Positions 26,678 through 39,181 of a stretch of DNA of 64,000 bases are shown one piece after another (the first letter of the stretch is position 1; the number at the start of each line of letters is the position of its first letter). Both the position numbers and the translations under genes were made by a program. This stretch comes from Selaginella moellendorffii. Lineage: Eukaryota; Plantae; Lycopodiophyta. The notes beneath the pieces were generated by a model that saw only the letters and a program-made list of their open reading frames with translations, had not been told where the DNA came from and ran no database searches. The stretch is from NCBI RefSeq assembly GCF_000143415.4, contig NW_003314261.1:4504691-4568690 (forward strand), written 5' to 3'.

Positions 26678-27796
26678 CGATGAGGTTGAGGTAAGCGTTT
26701 CATGAAGAGGTGCTATTTTCTCTCTGACGAAGTTTCGCTTCCAGCGTGTCTATTTCTCGTTTGAACTTTGACCATCAGCTCGTCAGCCGTGAGGATCCTT
26801 CCTTTCAGAGGATATCGTCCACGGGTTTTTTTTCAATTTGTCTATGAATGAAGGGGGAAGGTATCGTCGTGTTTCTAATGTGTCATGCTCGCAGTAATGA
26901 CACTCAAAGTCGCCGGTGGCTCTGCTCGAGAAGACTTGTTCATAGTGGTGAAAGAGTTTCCAAGTTAGGACAACGCCACAGGCGGCGTAGCATCAACAAG
27001 GAGGAGAAAAAAAAGCAGAAGAGGGACTGTAACGCTCTTGATGGCGTTCTCGTGACATCGACACAGATTTGCAGAATTTACCTGTGTCAGGCGGGGACAA
27101 GTGCTAGCGACAGAGAGATGAAGGAAGGAGACAATGTAGCCGTGAGCAACGAGACAATGGAGCAAGGCTGCGGTGATTTTATGGTGGGCATTGGCATTCC
27201 AACTTTTTATGATTCTTACACTTTCTCTTCTTTTTTTTTTGTTCGCTACAGATTGATCGATCCGGGGAAGAGCGAGCATTATTATAAGGGAAGGAAACAG
27301 CGACGCCATCGCTCTTCCGTGAGATTCCCTTCTTGTGCTCCTTCTCGAGCGCTTTGTTGTTGGTTTGCTCGTGGCTCCACACTGGCGAAGTTTTGCATGG
27401 AGACGAAGAGTGGGAGTGGACGGCCCGGATGAGTGGGCGCCAGTGGAAACCAGTGGCTAGATTCTTCCCGGGGTGGCAAACGACAAGGGAAAGGAACCAA
27501 GGGAGAAAACGCTGGAATATACCCAGGCTTTTTAAAGTGAAATGTGGCTCAAGGGAGCACGCTTTCTATCTTGGAGATGGTTTGGTTGGGGGTTCTTTGG
27601 AAAATGATCATTGGGGTATAGAGTCTTTTCTTCGATTAAAATAGAGAATTTGCCTAAGTGTGTGTCCGCGTCTGGTTTGCGAGTTCCAGAGCATGCAACT
27701 TGTAGTCTATGAAAGAAGCTTTCTTTTTCTTTTCTCTCTAGTGTGCTTTGCTTGCGTGTTGATATTAGCGTCTTGAACGAGCGCGAGCGGGGAGCT

Positions 27797-28830
27797 ATGC
27801 AGATCGAGCGCAGCGAAAATCTGAGTAAGTTGTGATAGGAATCTCCACCTCTCACGCTGGAAGAACTTGTGAAGCAGAGGTTGCAAAACCAAAGGATTTC
27901 TTCGTCAAATTTAAAGACGAGGAAGGAGGGGGAGGAGCCAGCGGTGGAGACTTCAAGCCACTGGCGAGTCCCACGACTCCATTCCAGTTCGAAGCAAGGC
28001 AGGATCATCACGATCGTCTGCAACACCAGCGGCAGCAGCAGCAGCAGCAGCGGCAGCGGCACTTCTTCGAGGATCCAACCCTGTTCGATGAGGATGCAGC
28101 GAGGAGGATCCAAAACACTCTCCAATTGCAACTCCTGAGCTACGTACGCCTCCATGGTAAGAAGAAAGATCACTTAGTCGAGAGTTTGGAGGACTCATCG
28201 ATCCACAAACTTTCAGGTGTCCAGCAGCAGCAAAACAACCGCTACTCGCAGCAAGGAGCTCCAATTCCGGAATACTTCCAGGAGCAGCGCCACGAACACC
28301 ATCCCACCATCGCTTTGCTCCAGCAAAGGTTCCAACGTCTCGAGAGGGACAAGGAGATGAGACAGACCAAGCAGTTATACAACTCCAACCATGAAGTGAT
28401 CATCCAGCCTCGGCCAAGTTTCACATCCCCGTGTTCTACCTTTCCTCCTCCTCCATCTTCATCCTCTTCCATGTCAACCTCTTGCAATCCTCATCACAAT
28501 CTCATGAGAAACACCACCACCTCTAGTTCCATGGTCTTTCCTGTTCATCCCGACACTCCAGCTCCGTTTTTCGAGACCATCAATCCAGAGAAGGATCCTG
28601 TCGGTGCCAAGAGCAGCAAAACGGTTCTCTTGTCACTGCTTGATAATCCGGCACAGGACAAGTTCTCGGATCAATCCGAGCTCCCAGCTTCAAATTCGTC
28701 GCCCTCGCTGCTGCCTCGTGATCTTGTACAGCAGCCGTACCGGCCAGTCCTCCTCAAGAATTGGAAAACTGCAAAGAGAAGCATACCGATTGATGACGAC
28801 GAGGAGGTGGACACGTCCTTGCATCTTTGA
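27797..28830 (+). CDS. Uncharacterised plant protein with IALLQQRFQRLER.KEMR and C-terminal VDTSLHL
   Basis: 332-codon open frame; ATG at 27797 joins it through a phase-compatible short GT-AG intron (about 27825-27876); Q/S/P-rich. Confidence 0.7.
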
Positions 28831-28999
28831 TAACCAGCTTTGAAAAAACTTGTAAAAATATATGTAAAGAAGAAGAAAAGAAAAAAGGAAGAAGATCAAG
28901 TATGCACGTAAGAGTAAAGTCAGCCAGTTTGGTTCTCATAGCCGAGGATTCTCTATAAATAAAGTGGAGGACGAATGCTTAGATTGCTTCTGCTTTTTA

Positions 29000-30720
29000 T
29001 TGTGCTTCTAAAGATTATGCCCCACTATCACCCACATTCTTCTTTTCCCTTTTTGCTGCATAATTCTAGTGCTAGGGGATGTATGAAACATTTCTATGTT
29101 TTATGTTAATAGGAGAATGTTAATATGGCTTAATATAAAATCCTAAAGACTCTCAGTAATTTTTAAGTAAAGCTTAAATTGTTAATCAGTTACTCTCTTA
29201 AGTGAAAACTTAATAAGGAAAACCATTAAGTTGTTTAAAATATAAAAAAAATTCTAAAAATTGATAATGTAATCTGTTAAAACTATGAAAATAAAATAGA
29301 AAATAATTTTTTTCTTTATTAAAATTAATTTAATCAGCTCTTGCAAAAGGGGGTCTTTTATAAAACTAACCACATGTGCATTTATGATGGTAATCTGTCT
29401 TCATGCATTTTTTAATTAAACTTTTTTTGTATTTTTTGATTAAACATTATGAAATTTTCAATATATGATCTTTATCAAAAGTTCTCTATATTTAATTTTT
29501 ATTTATTGTTAAAAAATTAACATCCCAATCACTCAACTTTATAGGTAAATTTTTTATCTTAGATGTTTTCCATTCTATAATCAATATGCATACAATCAAT
29601 AAAAATAAAAAAAATATAAAGTTAATAATTCTATGTATGAGTGTATGGAATATAGAAATGAAATATAAAAATATACATATTTAATTAGCTCAAAAACTCT
29701 AACTTATATAAGGGGTTCAAAAAATATTCAATGGTTATCAAAATCCTAATGTTAATATTAGTATATGGTATTATAGCCATACACTTAAACCTCCACTTCA
29801 TAGAAGGCAATTAAAGTTCTCTAGGTGATGGGTTAGGTGATGGGTTGAAAATAATAGCAAATACTGGAAAATAAAACAACCTTTGTTGTTTTATAATAAA
29901 ATGCAACCTTATTTCACAAGTTGATCATAAAAAAGTAAGGTGTGGTCAGTAATAGCAATGTTTTCAAAAGCTATTTGTGTTCTAATAGTTTAAATCATCT
30001 TATCATGATGATTTCTCAAAGAAAATAAAGTTGACAATAGCTGTGTGATGTGGTTAGATGTAACATAGTGTAACATAGTTAAGCCAAAGAATTGACTTCC
30101 CTTGGTAGTTAACAATCTCCATCATAAATGCAATCTCTTTACTTTTTTGTTTAGCTTTTACTTCGAGAGTAGCCTTCTTTTTGTGACAATCTTTTGCAAA
30201 ATATCTAAGCTTCTGACAATAATTGCATTTGAATTTCTTATTGCTATTAGTACATTGCGTGGACTATTACTCTTGATGTGCATCATTAAATTGATGATCA
30301 CGATCAATTTCTTTAAACACACACTTTCCAAGATGAGACCACACAAAACCTTTTGTAACTAGAGTAATATTTTTGGATATTTTCTTCCAAGAAAGTGATA
30401 AACTATCTCTTTAGAAGTCTTATCAAATCCCATTTGAACAACAACTACTTTAAAGTGATTAGCAATACTATTGTTGTCATCAATCTTGGTACTTTTAATT
30501 GCAATAATTTGATTGACAGCATCTTAAAAGTAGCTTAATTACTCCTTAGAGTGCTCGTCTAATAATTCCTAATGTTTTGTAATCTTGTTGCTTCCATTCA
30601 TTAACGAGAGATGGATCAAAAGTTAACTTGAGTAATGTGCTACCAACACCACTCCAAATATTCTTTTACATAATTTATAACTAAATTGTATCATTCGTTG
30701 TAGGAGAATGAGACATGATT
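29000..30720. mobile_element. AT-rich block containing a retrotransposon gag relic (minus strand)
   Basis: Minus strand at about 30170-30260 reads KFKCNYCQKLRYFAKDCHKKK, a decayed CX2CX4HX4C zinc knuckle. Confidence 0.6.
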
Positions 30721-30789
30721 AAAACTGAAACCTTAATCATGCCCCTAGCTAACTAGAATCCAAAGCCTAGAAGGGGATGGAGATTCATG

Positions 30790-31400
30790 CTGCGAAATCT
30801 TAAGCACAGATATGTCTGGGGAGTAGCTTGGTGGACATGTATGCCAAGTATGGAGATGTGGTGAACGCTCGAGCAGTTTTCAAATGTGGGAACATTGGGT
30901 CCAGTGAAGCTGGAAGCATCCAGACTGAGCTTTACAAGCATGGGCTGGAAGACGACCAAGTTGTTGGGACGTGCCTAGTAAACTTCTAAGGGAAGAGCGG
31001 AGTTATGAGTGATATCATGGACTCTATAACGCGTGGTCGAAGCCTTTCGCTAGATGTGGGAAGATGGCGTGTGAGCAAACGCGATCACGTTTGTCTCGGT
31101 CATCACTGCTTGCAGCCACGGCTGTCTGGTTGAACGAGGCAGGGAGTTTTTCCAGGCAATAGACCCGGACTCTGGCATTGTTCGAGGGAGTCATCACTAC
31201 AGCATCTCTTCGGCCGTGCAGGCCGACTGGAAGAGGCCGTAAAAGTCCTCGAGAGCATGCCTTTGAGAGCGGCCCGGAGAGCGAACGCTGTGGTTTGTAG
31301 GAGCGTCTGCCGCAAGTGGAAGAACGTGGAAGTGGGGAGGATTGCGTTCGATGTATGGACGAAGTTCAACGAGAAAGACTTGGCTGAGATGTTGTGAGAA
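30790..31400 (+). pseudogene. Frameshifted PLS/E-class PPR pseudogene
   Basis: Fragments MYAKYGDVVNARAVF, LEDDQVVGTCLVNF*, NAITFVSVITACSHG.LVERGREFF, LFGRAGRLEEAVKVLESMP, separated by frameshifts and stops. Confidence 0.8.
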
Positions 31401-32089
31401 AGACGAGTACAAACAAACCCAGCAAGAGAGACATGGCCGCTACTTCTTATTCAAACCAACTTATTCTTTCATGTTCCAGTGATACATCCATCCATAGCCA
31501 CGATGCTCAAAAAATTCTAATTTTTCCAAGTCGGATTCAAGAACTTGGCGTGACGTCCGAAGAGCCGTTAATTTAGGGTTCTTCCTCAAGGCGCCCTAAT
31601 CTTGGATAATCAAAGATGAACGCTCCAATTTAGAATGATTCCTACCATGACTTCACGATGCTCAAAGAAAACGAAGTCAACGGCTGCACTTTCAAGCGCG
31701 TTGAAACATCAAAGCTGGAAGAAAACTTATCCTCGTTACGAATCATTCAATCTTCCAAGCGTACTAGTGCTTTCAAGCCGGATAAGAGCTCACGGGATTT
31801 GTCTAGATTTTCCAAGTCAAGCGGTCTGGAGTGAATAGTAGTATGGGACCAGCCAACTTGGATCAAGTGGTCACAATTCAGCAGCGCTCCCCAACAAGCT
31901 TGAAACATCTAAGTTGGTGAGAGATTTTAGCGCGGTTCAATCTTCCAAGTGTAGTCCTTTATCGGCTGATAAGAGCTTTCATCTAGATCTCAAGGTCGGA
32001 GTGAATCGCAACAATGCACCGGCCAACTTGGATCAAGCGATCATCGATTCCCGACGAGCTCGTGGCTCAAGCGGCATCCAAGCGCCTGA

Positions 32090-32460
32090 TATCGTGCCGG
32101 AGCCTGTCCGAGTGCGGAGCGAGACGTGGTGTCGTAGACGGGGATGGTGGCCGCGTACACGCAGAGCAAGCAACTGGAGGAAGCCCCGGGACTGTTCGAT
32201 CGAATGCCCGAGGGGAACGAAGTGTTGTGGAACACGATGATTTCGGCCTATGCCCAGTCCGGGTATCTGTTCCAGCGAATGCCCGCCCCAGACGTGGTGT
32301 CACGGACACTGATATGGGATATAGCATGGGATATCATGACGTGGTCGCGTATGCCGCAGCGGAGCTCGTCTTCCACACCATGCCGGACAGGAAGTGGAAT
32401 GCAATTGCAGGCGCGCGCTCGCGGCGGCGCTGGAGATCGCCCAACGGATGGACATCGGGC
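32090..32460 (+). pseudogene. PPR pseudogene fragment
   Basis: MVAAYTQSKQLEEAPGLFDRMPEGNEVLWNTMISAYAQSG.LFQRMPAPDVVS, then frame breaks. Confidence 0.8.
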
Positions 32461-32646
32461 AAGATCAATTAGTTCATCCTCCACGCTTGCAGCTGGTGGA
32501 GGAGAGCTTTTGCGTCGATCGTGATGTCAGCCAGAGCCACGCCACATGGCTCTCATTGTCATCTCTGCAAGAAGTAAAAGCACTGGCGACCACCTTTACT
32601 ATGTGCCAGGACCTACTTTTGAAATTGCACTCCCGCCGCTGGGGCA

Positions 32647-34056
32647 ATGGCAATGGCTGCTTCCGTCGTCTCCCCCAGCAGAGGGAGCTCCAAAGTGAGC
32701 GTTCGTGAGATCTTTGTGGTTCGCCCAAGCCAACCCCTGAATCGCAGTACCATCTTCCTCAGCAACATCGACCGGACGCATGGTTACTTCAGCAGGAACC
32801 TCTTCTTCTTTCGTGACAATCCAGGTACTCAAGCAGTCGTGGAGCACCTCCGCAAAGCTCTGAGCAAGCTGCTGGTCGCCTATCCGGGCCACGCTGGCCG
32901 CGCCGTCGTCAACCCCGTGACCAACAGACTGGAGATTGATTGCAACTCAGCCGGGAGTCTCCTTGCATACGCTACCTCCCACCTCTCCATCCACGACGTC
33001 TCGGTAGATGACTTCGACGACCTTTTCCTCTCGCCTGCTGAAGCTCGCTCCTTGGAAGATCTCCCGCTGCTGACCGTGCAGGTGACTCACCTCGGCGGGG
33101 ACAACGGCTTCGCGATTGCCATCCTCAACCATCATTTGCTCGACGATGCAACCTCTGGGATTTTCTTCCTGCTCAACCTCGCGTCCATCAGCCGGGGAGA
33201 TTGTCTCTACCTAGCACCCAACTTTGACCGGACCCAACTCCGGGCCAGGGATCCTCCCAAGGTAGACTTCGAGCACCGGCAGTTCACCAACGTTGGGGGC
33301 AGTCGTTTCGCCATCACCCCTGACTCCATCCTCGCAGCGGAGAAGTCCCGGTGTGAGGCCCCCAGGAAGACGCGCAAGACGTATCACTTCAGCTTCCATC
33401 GCCTCAACGAGCTCAAGAAGGTCGTCACCCACGACGGCCTCGTCTCTCGCTGCTCCTCGTTCGAGGCCCTAGCAGCGCTTGTGTGGCGAGCTCATGCCAG
33501 GGCCCTGGAGAGCTCTTCATCAGCCGAGACGCTGCTCAAACTCCACTTTGTCATGGACACCAGGAACATCTTGCAGCCACCCCTGGGGAGCAACTTCAGT
33601 GGAAATGGACAATTCGGTGTAGTCGCAGAGATGACATGGGAAGATATGTGCAACCTCCCACTTTCTCACATCGTGCTCTGTATTCAGGAGGCCCGAAAGA
33701 TGCTGACGGACGAGTACATGAGGTCGGCCATCGACTACCTGGAGCTTCATCCTGATCACTGGTATGTACCAGGCAAATCCCAGACTCAGATTAATGCCTG
33801 GCCCCGTCTCATGTCCAAAGCAGTGGAACTGGACCTGGGATGGGGTAAGCCAGCCAGGGTGGAGTTCCCGCTCGACAACAGGAACAGCGCCATCATCTTC
33901 TTTCCCTTCGATGCCAATGGTAACGTTGATGGCTTCTACGTTTCAGTCAAACTGGATCCTGCTCCATTAGCTGTCTTCGAGGAACACATTGCTACTCTGG
34001 AGAAAGAATGCGAGAATGTGGTTTCTCCGCTTTCCACTCACCCGCACGACCAATAA
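32647..34056 (+). CDS. BAHD acyltransferase (HCT/feruloyl-transferase-like), intronless
   Basis: IFLSNID, RLEIDCN, PLLTVQVT, HHLLD (HXXXD), LTDEYMRSAIDYLE, DLGWG (DFGWG-like). Confidence 0.92.
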   Translation: MAMAASVVSPSRGSSKVSVREIFVVRPSQPLNRSTIFLSNIDRTHGYFSRNLFFFRDNPGTQAVVEHLRKALSKLLVAYPGHAGRAVVNPVTNRLEIDCNSAGSLLAYATSHLSIHDVSVDDFDDLFLSPAEARSLEDLPLLTVQVTHLGGDNGFAIAILNHHLLDDATSGIFFLLNLASISRGDCLYLAPNFDRTQLRARDPPKVDFEHRQFTNVGGSRFAITPDSILAAEKSRCEAPRKTRKTYHFSFHRLNELKKVVTHDGLVSRCSSFEALAALVWRAHARALESSSSAETLLKLHFVMDTRNILQPPLGSNFSGNGQFGVVAEMTWEDMCNLPLSHIVLCIQEARKMLTDEYMRSAIDYLELHPDHWYVPGKSQTQINAWPRLMSKAVELDLGWGKPARVEFPLDNRNSAIIFFPFDANGNVDGFYVSVKLDPAPLAVFEEHIATLEKECENVVSPLSTHPHDQ

Positions 34057-34859
34057 GTGCCCATTTTCTTGTTCCAGCAAAAACTTCAATGAAATCCTTG
34101 CTAGTACGTAGCGCTGTCAACTCTGAACAAGATACTGGAAGCGTTTAGGGAACGTTCTCACAAGGTTGAGAGGAACAATGCTTACTGACCACCTTGTATT
34201 TCCAAGATCAGCATTTGTTCCTAGTTCTGACTGACATAGTGGTGTGTAATCATTTAAAAAATGTATTGATGAATGGTCTTTTATGGTTGTGGGAGGACTG
34301 TGAGAGGCTCAAAATTATGAAGGATTTATGAGCAGATTGATCTTCATCATGCGGTTACACTCCAATACTGTTGAAAGCCCACCCTTAACTTATAGTCATG
34401 AGAAAGAGCTTTTTCTTCTTTTGGAAGCATTTTCGTTGCATGGAAAGGGAGAGTATGGTAGCTCAGCCACATGCCCCAATCGCGATAGAGAGGACGAATG
34501 AAGGCGACGTACACGACTTTTATTTCTTGGTTTACAGGCAGGCAGGCATTCCTAGAATTAGTGCGCGGCTGCTCGGCCATTGCCAGCGCCACCAGGACAG
34601 GGCCCGAATGGTGGAGTTGGTCTGGAATATTGAGAATATATGGGAAACCATGGTTTTCTTCATAGGCAAATATTCTCTTGTAATCCAACATGAAGGGTGG
34701 CATGTTTGCTAAGGCATAATAGGTGGCTCTAGCTTCACAGAGGAGTCACAGAAGGACCGTTACAACAATGCCTCATCTTTTTCCACTTTTGGACCATTTC
34801 TTTGATGATCTAGCATCTAACCATCTAAGCATGTGAGAGTGTATGTATTTAAGCATGCA

Positions 34860-37800
34860 TGGAATAGAATATAAAAATGAGAAGTAAATGGCACAAGTTT
34901 GAATTTAAAATTTAATATATCCTTGAGTAAGGTATATTTGTACTCTTAAAATAGAAATTATACTTATTAGGGCATTCATGAGTACATCTTTCATAATGAA
35001 CAAACCAAACACAGTTATGCTCTTTTGCATTAACACCCTCAAAACTGATAAAAAAAACATTCACATACAAAATGAAAAGTCAAATATAATCAGGATATAT
35101 TAAATGAGTTATTAACAACTCTTTGATGCACACTTTAGAAGAGGAACTTCAAAATAACCATCAGTTTATTAAAATCAACTATTAAACATTTATGAAAAAT
35201 GCAATACCTAAGATAAATTATGTTTTTTATGCACTTCATGTGTTTTAAGTTTAAACCAACTTCCTTCAACCAATCCAACACTTTGTTCGTGAAATATAGT
35301 ATCAAAAATAAGTTATATCCTTGGATCTAAACACGCATCATAAAATCAATAGTCACCTCAAGTATATCACAAAAAAAATCATCTATCAAACACTAAAAAA
35401 TTATTGAAGTACTCTTCAAACTAAACAGCATTAACAAAAATTTATATAAATCAAATAGTCAATATTGGGAATGTCTTTCTCGAACATCAGTATTTATTAG
35501 TATCTAGAAGCAAGATTTAACTTAGTGATTCAATAATTTATCTTCAAATGATTCAAAAGATTAGTTGTGTAGGGAAGAAGATATATATCTAGAATAGTCA
35601 CTTTGTTTAATAAATGATAGTTAAAGCAAAATCAAATACTCCTATGATTTGTCATATGATGAGGTTAATATATTTAAGGACTCTGAGAATTTTTGATAAC
35701 ACCTTTCTTTAACATCTCTTTGATGTAACCATATGAAATTTTAGTCTCCTTTGGTGACTAATGCTAAACAAAAACTTTGATTGGATAAACATCCCCAATT
35801 GAAATATGATGATGCAATGTAATTTTGGCCCCAAACGACAAGTCACAATTGAAGAGATTAGCATACACCTTTTTGAGTTAGTCAATTACTCCAACATAAA
35901 AACTGTCAGAAGAATTTTAAAAGGGAATAGAGGAGTAAAATAGGAATATAATAGAAATTAATGGGTAGACAAAAGTGATAAAAGTAGAGAGACAGTAAAA
36001 TAGAAGTAAGAAGAATGGAAAAAAGATGAAAAAATATAAGATAAAGGGGAAAAGCTTTAAAGTCATATTTAGCATAATGACATTGCAATTAATATATACT
36101 AAAGATAAAGTCAAAAGCTTAACTTATCATTACCCACAATAATTAAAACTTAACCTCAACATCACCAATACTTATAAATAGGTCTGCTTCATCTTGTATA
36201 TATGCATATGTATAACCATTGCTATAAAGAACTACAGAATACAACTATAAACATTAATAAATATAAAAAATAAACTCTAATTTAACATGAAGAGAATAAT
36301 AAGAGACTTTTTTATTATAAAAACAAGTTTGAAAAGTAAACACTAAATGAACTGATGCTAAATGAACCCCTTGAGAGTACTCCTGAAAAAAGATAAAGAG
36401 GTCACTAATGTACTTATATAAGGACCCTTCATTACTTGTGTAGCTTTTTGTTTCCCAAAAATATCTCAATGTTAAAACCTTCCATTACATCAACACTAAT
36501 AAGATGTTGTTGATGCCCAAGTTTCCACCAAAAAAATTAAGGATGCCAATTTGGAAAATGCCAATAATGTTGATATATATAGATAATTACTTAACATCAT
36601 CATTACCATGACTATGTTTTCACCCTTGTTCTTGAACATGGGCAATAATAATAATATTAATCTCCATTAAAATAGAATTATTTCCCATAAGAAGTAGAAG
36701 TAAAGTATGAGTATCGATAAGTGGGAGAAGTGATGTCTCATAGCATTATGCCAATTAGAAAGTGTTATCAAGAGTGGTTATAGCAAGTGTATACAGAAAT
36801 CTTACAAGATATTAATGGAGTATTAGCTATAAAATTTTATCTACTTTGATATATTTAGCTCTATATAAGCTTCAAAAGTGAATGCTAAATTGCATAATAA
36901 ATTCAAATGCCCTTGATGGAGACAATGCAATTTTTAGAAGACATAATCACAATCATTAACATATCTAAATGCACATTTGAAGACATATGGGAGAAGGCTT
37001 TAATTTACACGATTGGCCATGCTCATACCATTATACCATTATAACATCATTCTTTAGAAACATGTGGAAACTTAATCAAATGCTAAATATTATCCCAAAA
37101 ATGATATGTGGCAATTACCATAAAAGTGATTGAACCAATGGTATCTAGGACTGCTAAGGAAGAACTCTAGCTGGACATGAAAGTTGATAGCAAAAGCGGA
37201 AAGAGTTGCATCATATGCTATGAATAATATTATTAATTAAGGTTAATTATTTAGTTGCAATAGTATTGAGTAATAGCACCAATTGTCACTCCAAGTCAAA
37301 AAAGGAGGAGGCTATTATTTTACCATGAAGATGAATTAAAAAAAGAAAATCAAAAGAGAAGAAATTAAAAATGCTATAAGAATAAGAGAGACTTAAATGA
37401 TGCAAAAGCTAGATCTAAACTAAAATAATAAATCCAAGCACTCCTCAAAGACAGTTAAACTTAAAATATGGAATATAAAAATAAAATACAAAAGTATATT
37501 TATTTAACTACCCTAAAAACTGTAATTTATATAAAAGAGTGAATGGTTTGGATTAAAATTAATCTAATGGCTATCAAAATCCCATTAATATTATAATATA
37601 GTATCATACCATATATTTAGACCTCATATACCATTATAAATATTAGTCTCTTCATTAATATAAATGATTGTAAATATTTTTAAAAGAAATTTATTTAAGT
37701 TATATTTTTCAATTTAATATTTATTTTTTAAGTATGCTAGACATTTAGGATTTTAAATCTACAATGAAATAAATGTTTCGAAAACATATTTTTTCAAAAA

Positions 37801-38930
37801 ATAAGTATACAAAATTAGTTATATATAAATTATTAAGAGCACAGTAGAAAGAATAATTAAAAGTTTGAGTTACTACCCAAAATGAACTAGCTCAATCTAA
37901 GTGCATTGAATGCATTCTAAAGGTAATAGTTATGTAAATTATTCTGACTAGCTTTTATGGAGTAATCTAAGCCCGTGAAAATAGTAATATATAGTATATT
38001 TAATTAAACAGTTGAGTAGGTATTTAACACATTCATATTTTTCAAAACATATATTTTTTTTCACTTAACAGATAAATATCAGTCTTTAAAGGTTAATATA
38101 AATGAAAGTTGAAAAAGTTTGAAGAATACTACAATAATGTTTAAATAATATAAATATAGCTATTATTATCATTAAATTTATTAATGAATTCTATATTTAA
38201 GTGGTATAATTATATAATTTTCATTAGAAATTTGGTCAAAATTATCATCAAACTTAAGTCATCTTCTGAAAGATAATTTTATTTAAAATTATATCTATTG
38301 AATATTTTTAAATAGCTATTGATGAATAATTGATTAGCTAAGTTATTAAATAATATTTTTATAACTATTATTTAAATGTGAAGGATAATTTTATAACCTT
38401 TTTAATTTTTTGAAAAAGGTTAAGATTAAAGAGAGAGATTACCTTAGAATTTAATTGCTCTTGGAAAATATATAATAATATAAAATGAAAATTATAAAAC
38501 TATATATTTATTAAAGAATAAAAAATGTTATCACAATACTACGTTACTCTACTAAACTTATGAGGTAAAATGAAATTTTAAATCTAATCTTTATGTTTGT
38601 TATTTGAAAAATTAAGTTTAAAGTTGGAGTAATTTTTAAGAATATAATATTACATTATTGAAAAAAAAAAATTTACATATGAAATAACTACCTATATATT
38701 CAATAACTAGTTTTTAGGTCATCCTTCTTTGAGGAACTTCTAATAAATTTATAAATTTGTTTTTTAAAATTTAAGTAGAAAATATTTAATGTATTCAAAA
38801 GAAAATTGATATTTATTCATCTTAAAACTACAAACTTGTTTTATGTCATAAAAAAATTAATAGTGCATTAAGTTTTCTCAAACAGGCTTTCTCAAACATA
38901 CAATAAGAATACTAAAGAAATTGAAAAACT
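34860..38930. mobile_element. AT-rich block of degenerate TE relics
   Basis: Very AT-rich, no credible ORF; includes copy 2 of the gag-like repeat. Confidence 0.7.
36900..37570 (-). mobile_element. Gypsy-like gag relic, copy 2
   Basis: Shares atgatatgtggcaattaccataaa, ccatgaagatgaat, tgatgcaaaagctagatctaaa and gtttggattaaaat with 5500-6270. Confidence 0.55.
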
Positions 38931-39016
38931 TAGTCCACCTTTAGATATAATTATTACAAACTAAATTAAGTTGCCGCTTATCATCCATCAGTACCTGTAG
39001 TAGCTCAAGAATGTAG

Positions 39017-39026
39017 GCCACGTGGC
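39017..39026 (+). promoter_or_regulatory. Perfect palindromic G-box/ABRE GCCACGTGGC upstream of the 1-Cys Prx gene
   Basis: About 50 bp upstream of a TATATA at about 39078 and 165 bp before the ATG. Confidence 0.6.
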
Positions 39027-39181
39027 TTACGGTGATTGAGTGCATGGAACAGGAAAGGTGTCGGCCAAGTAGCATCTTATATATGCTTACAAGAACAAAA
39101 GCTTTCTCAAGGAAATTTGGGTTTTGGAGTTTGTTTTGTTGGCTTGATAATCGCGAGAGAGCAGCATAAGCTAGAGACAAG

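Noticed and set aside
26848-27432. 194-aa ORF between the O-fucosyltransferase and the VDTSLHL gene
   Set aside because: No recognisable motif; composition looks intergenic
34347-34703. 118-aa minus-strand ORF downstream of the BAHD gene
   Set aside because: No recognisable family or supporting gene structure
35280-35520. Possible integrase relic
   Set aside because: Similarity too faint to support by eye
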